The translations under genes were made by a program, and so were the position numbers. This document shows, piece after piece, positions 63,525 to 64,000 of a stretch of 64,000 bases of DNA (position 1 is the stretch's first letter; every line of letters starts with the position of its first letter). This DNA is from Octopus vulgaris (lineage: Eukaryota), in NCBI GenBank assembly GCA_951406725.2, contig OX597838.1:27280001-27344000 (forward strand). The letters are read 5' to 3'. The notes below the pieces were generated by a model that searched no databases, was not told where the DNA came from, and saw only the letters and a list, made by a program, of their open reading frames with translations.

Positions 63525-63690
63525 TTGTTTTCTGTTGGACTTTCCTCCATTTCCTGTTTCCGACAAAGAGCTTTGCTCGAAACGTAAAACTACCTTTCGT
63601 TCCTTCCCTGAGCGTCTGCTAATACTTTGCATGTACCACGTCCTCACGTTGTTGCTTTTTTCTTGTGTTTTTTCTTTTTTTTTTATTAAC
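63525..63690 (+). mobile_element. probable Penelope-like repeat remnant with hammerhead-like motif
   Basis: CCGACAAA GAGC ttt GCTC GAAACGTA (63560-63586), followed by cctgagcg..ctaata as in the 27488-27616 segment. Confidence 0.55.
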
Positions 63691-63693
63691 TGT

Positions 63694-63748
<55 letters not shown>

Positions 63749-63788
63749 CACACACACACACACACACATATACATACACACACACATA

Positions 63789-64000
63789 TGAGGGGGTGCT
63801 GAAAAGTTCCTGGCTTTAAGGGTTTTGGGAAAGGCCTGGTTGGAGGCCCAACATTCCAAGATCTTTTACAGGGCTTAGAAAGACTGAAGGGCCACTGCAA
63901 TAAATGTATGAATCTGAGAGGAGGGGAATATGTTGAATAAAATCATAATTCACTGACCTTCTTGTATATTCTTTTACCTGAAGCCAAGAACTTTTTCTGC
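63789..64000 (+). mobile_element. mariner-derived non-autonomous element (runs off the window edge)
   Basis: TA|TGAGGGGGTGCTGAAAAGTTCCTGGCTT with partner aagccaagaactttt at 63981. Positions 63863-63940 encode LLQGLERLKGHCNKCMNLRGGEYVE*, resembling the mariner transposase C-terminus (G..KL..RW.KC....G.YVE). Confidence 0.85.

Overview
AT-rich, repeat-dense eukaryotic DNA with no credible long coding region. The repeat families look like those of Octopus (cephalopod) genomes; this is recognition from memory, not a database result. The window is probably a large intron or intergenic region. It is dominated by four SINE-like families (my labels A-D; cf. the octopus OK/OR1/OR2 SINEs). It also holds many short non-autonomous DNA transposons with visible TIRs/TSDs (hAT, piggyBac-like, Tc1/mariner, Tc2-like), a Helentron-associated fragment, decayed LINE reverse-transcriptase remnants and abundant microsatellites. 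The ORF-track entries are essentially microsatellite or SINE artefacts. Most notable observations: (1) a back-to-back pair of hammerhead-ribozyme cores at 40919-40991, plus four dispersed degenerate hammerhead-like motifs of the Penelope type; (2) a 147-bp direct duplication flanking one SINE; (3) a 37-bp-periodic CATTGTCA motif cluster; (4) two cryptic ~30-33-bp satellites; (5) diverged local duplications with conserved motif blocks; (6) two candidate micro-exons. Boundaries of old repeats are approximate.
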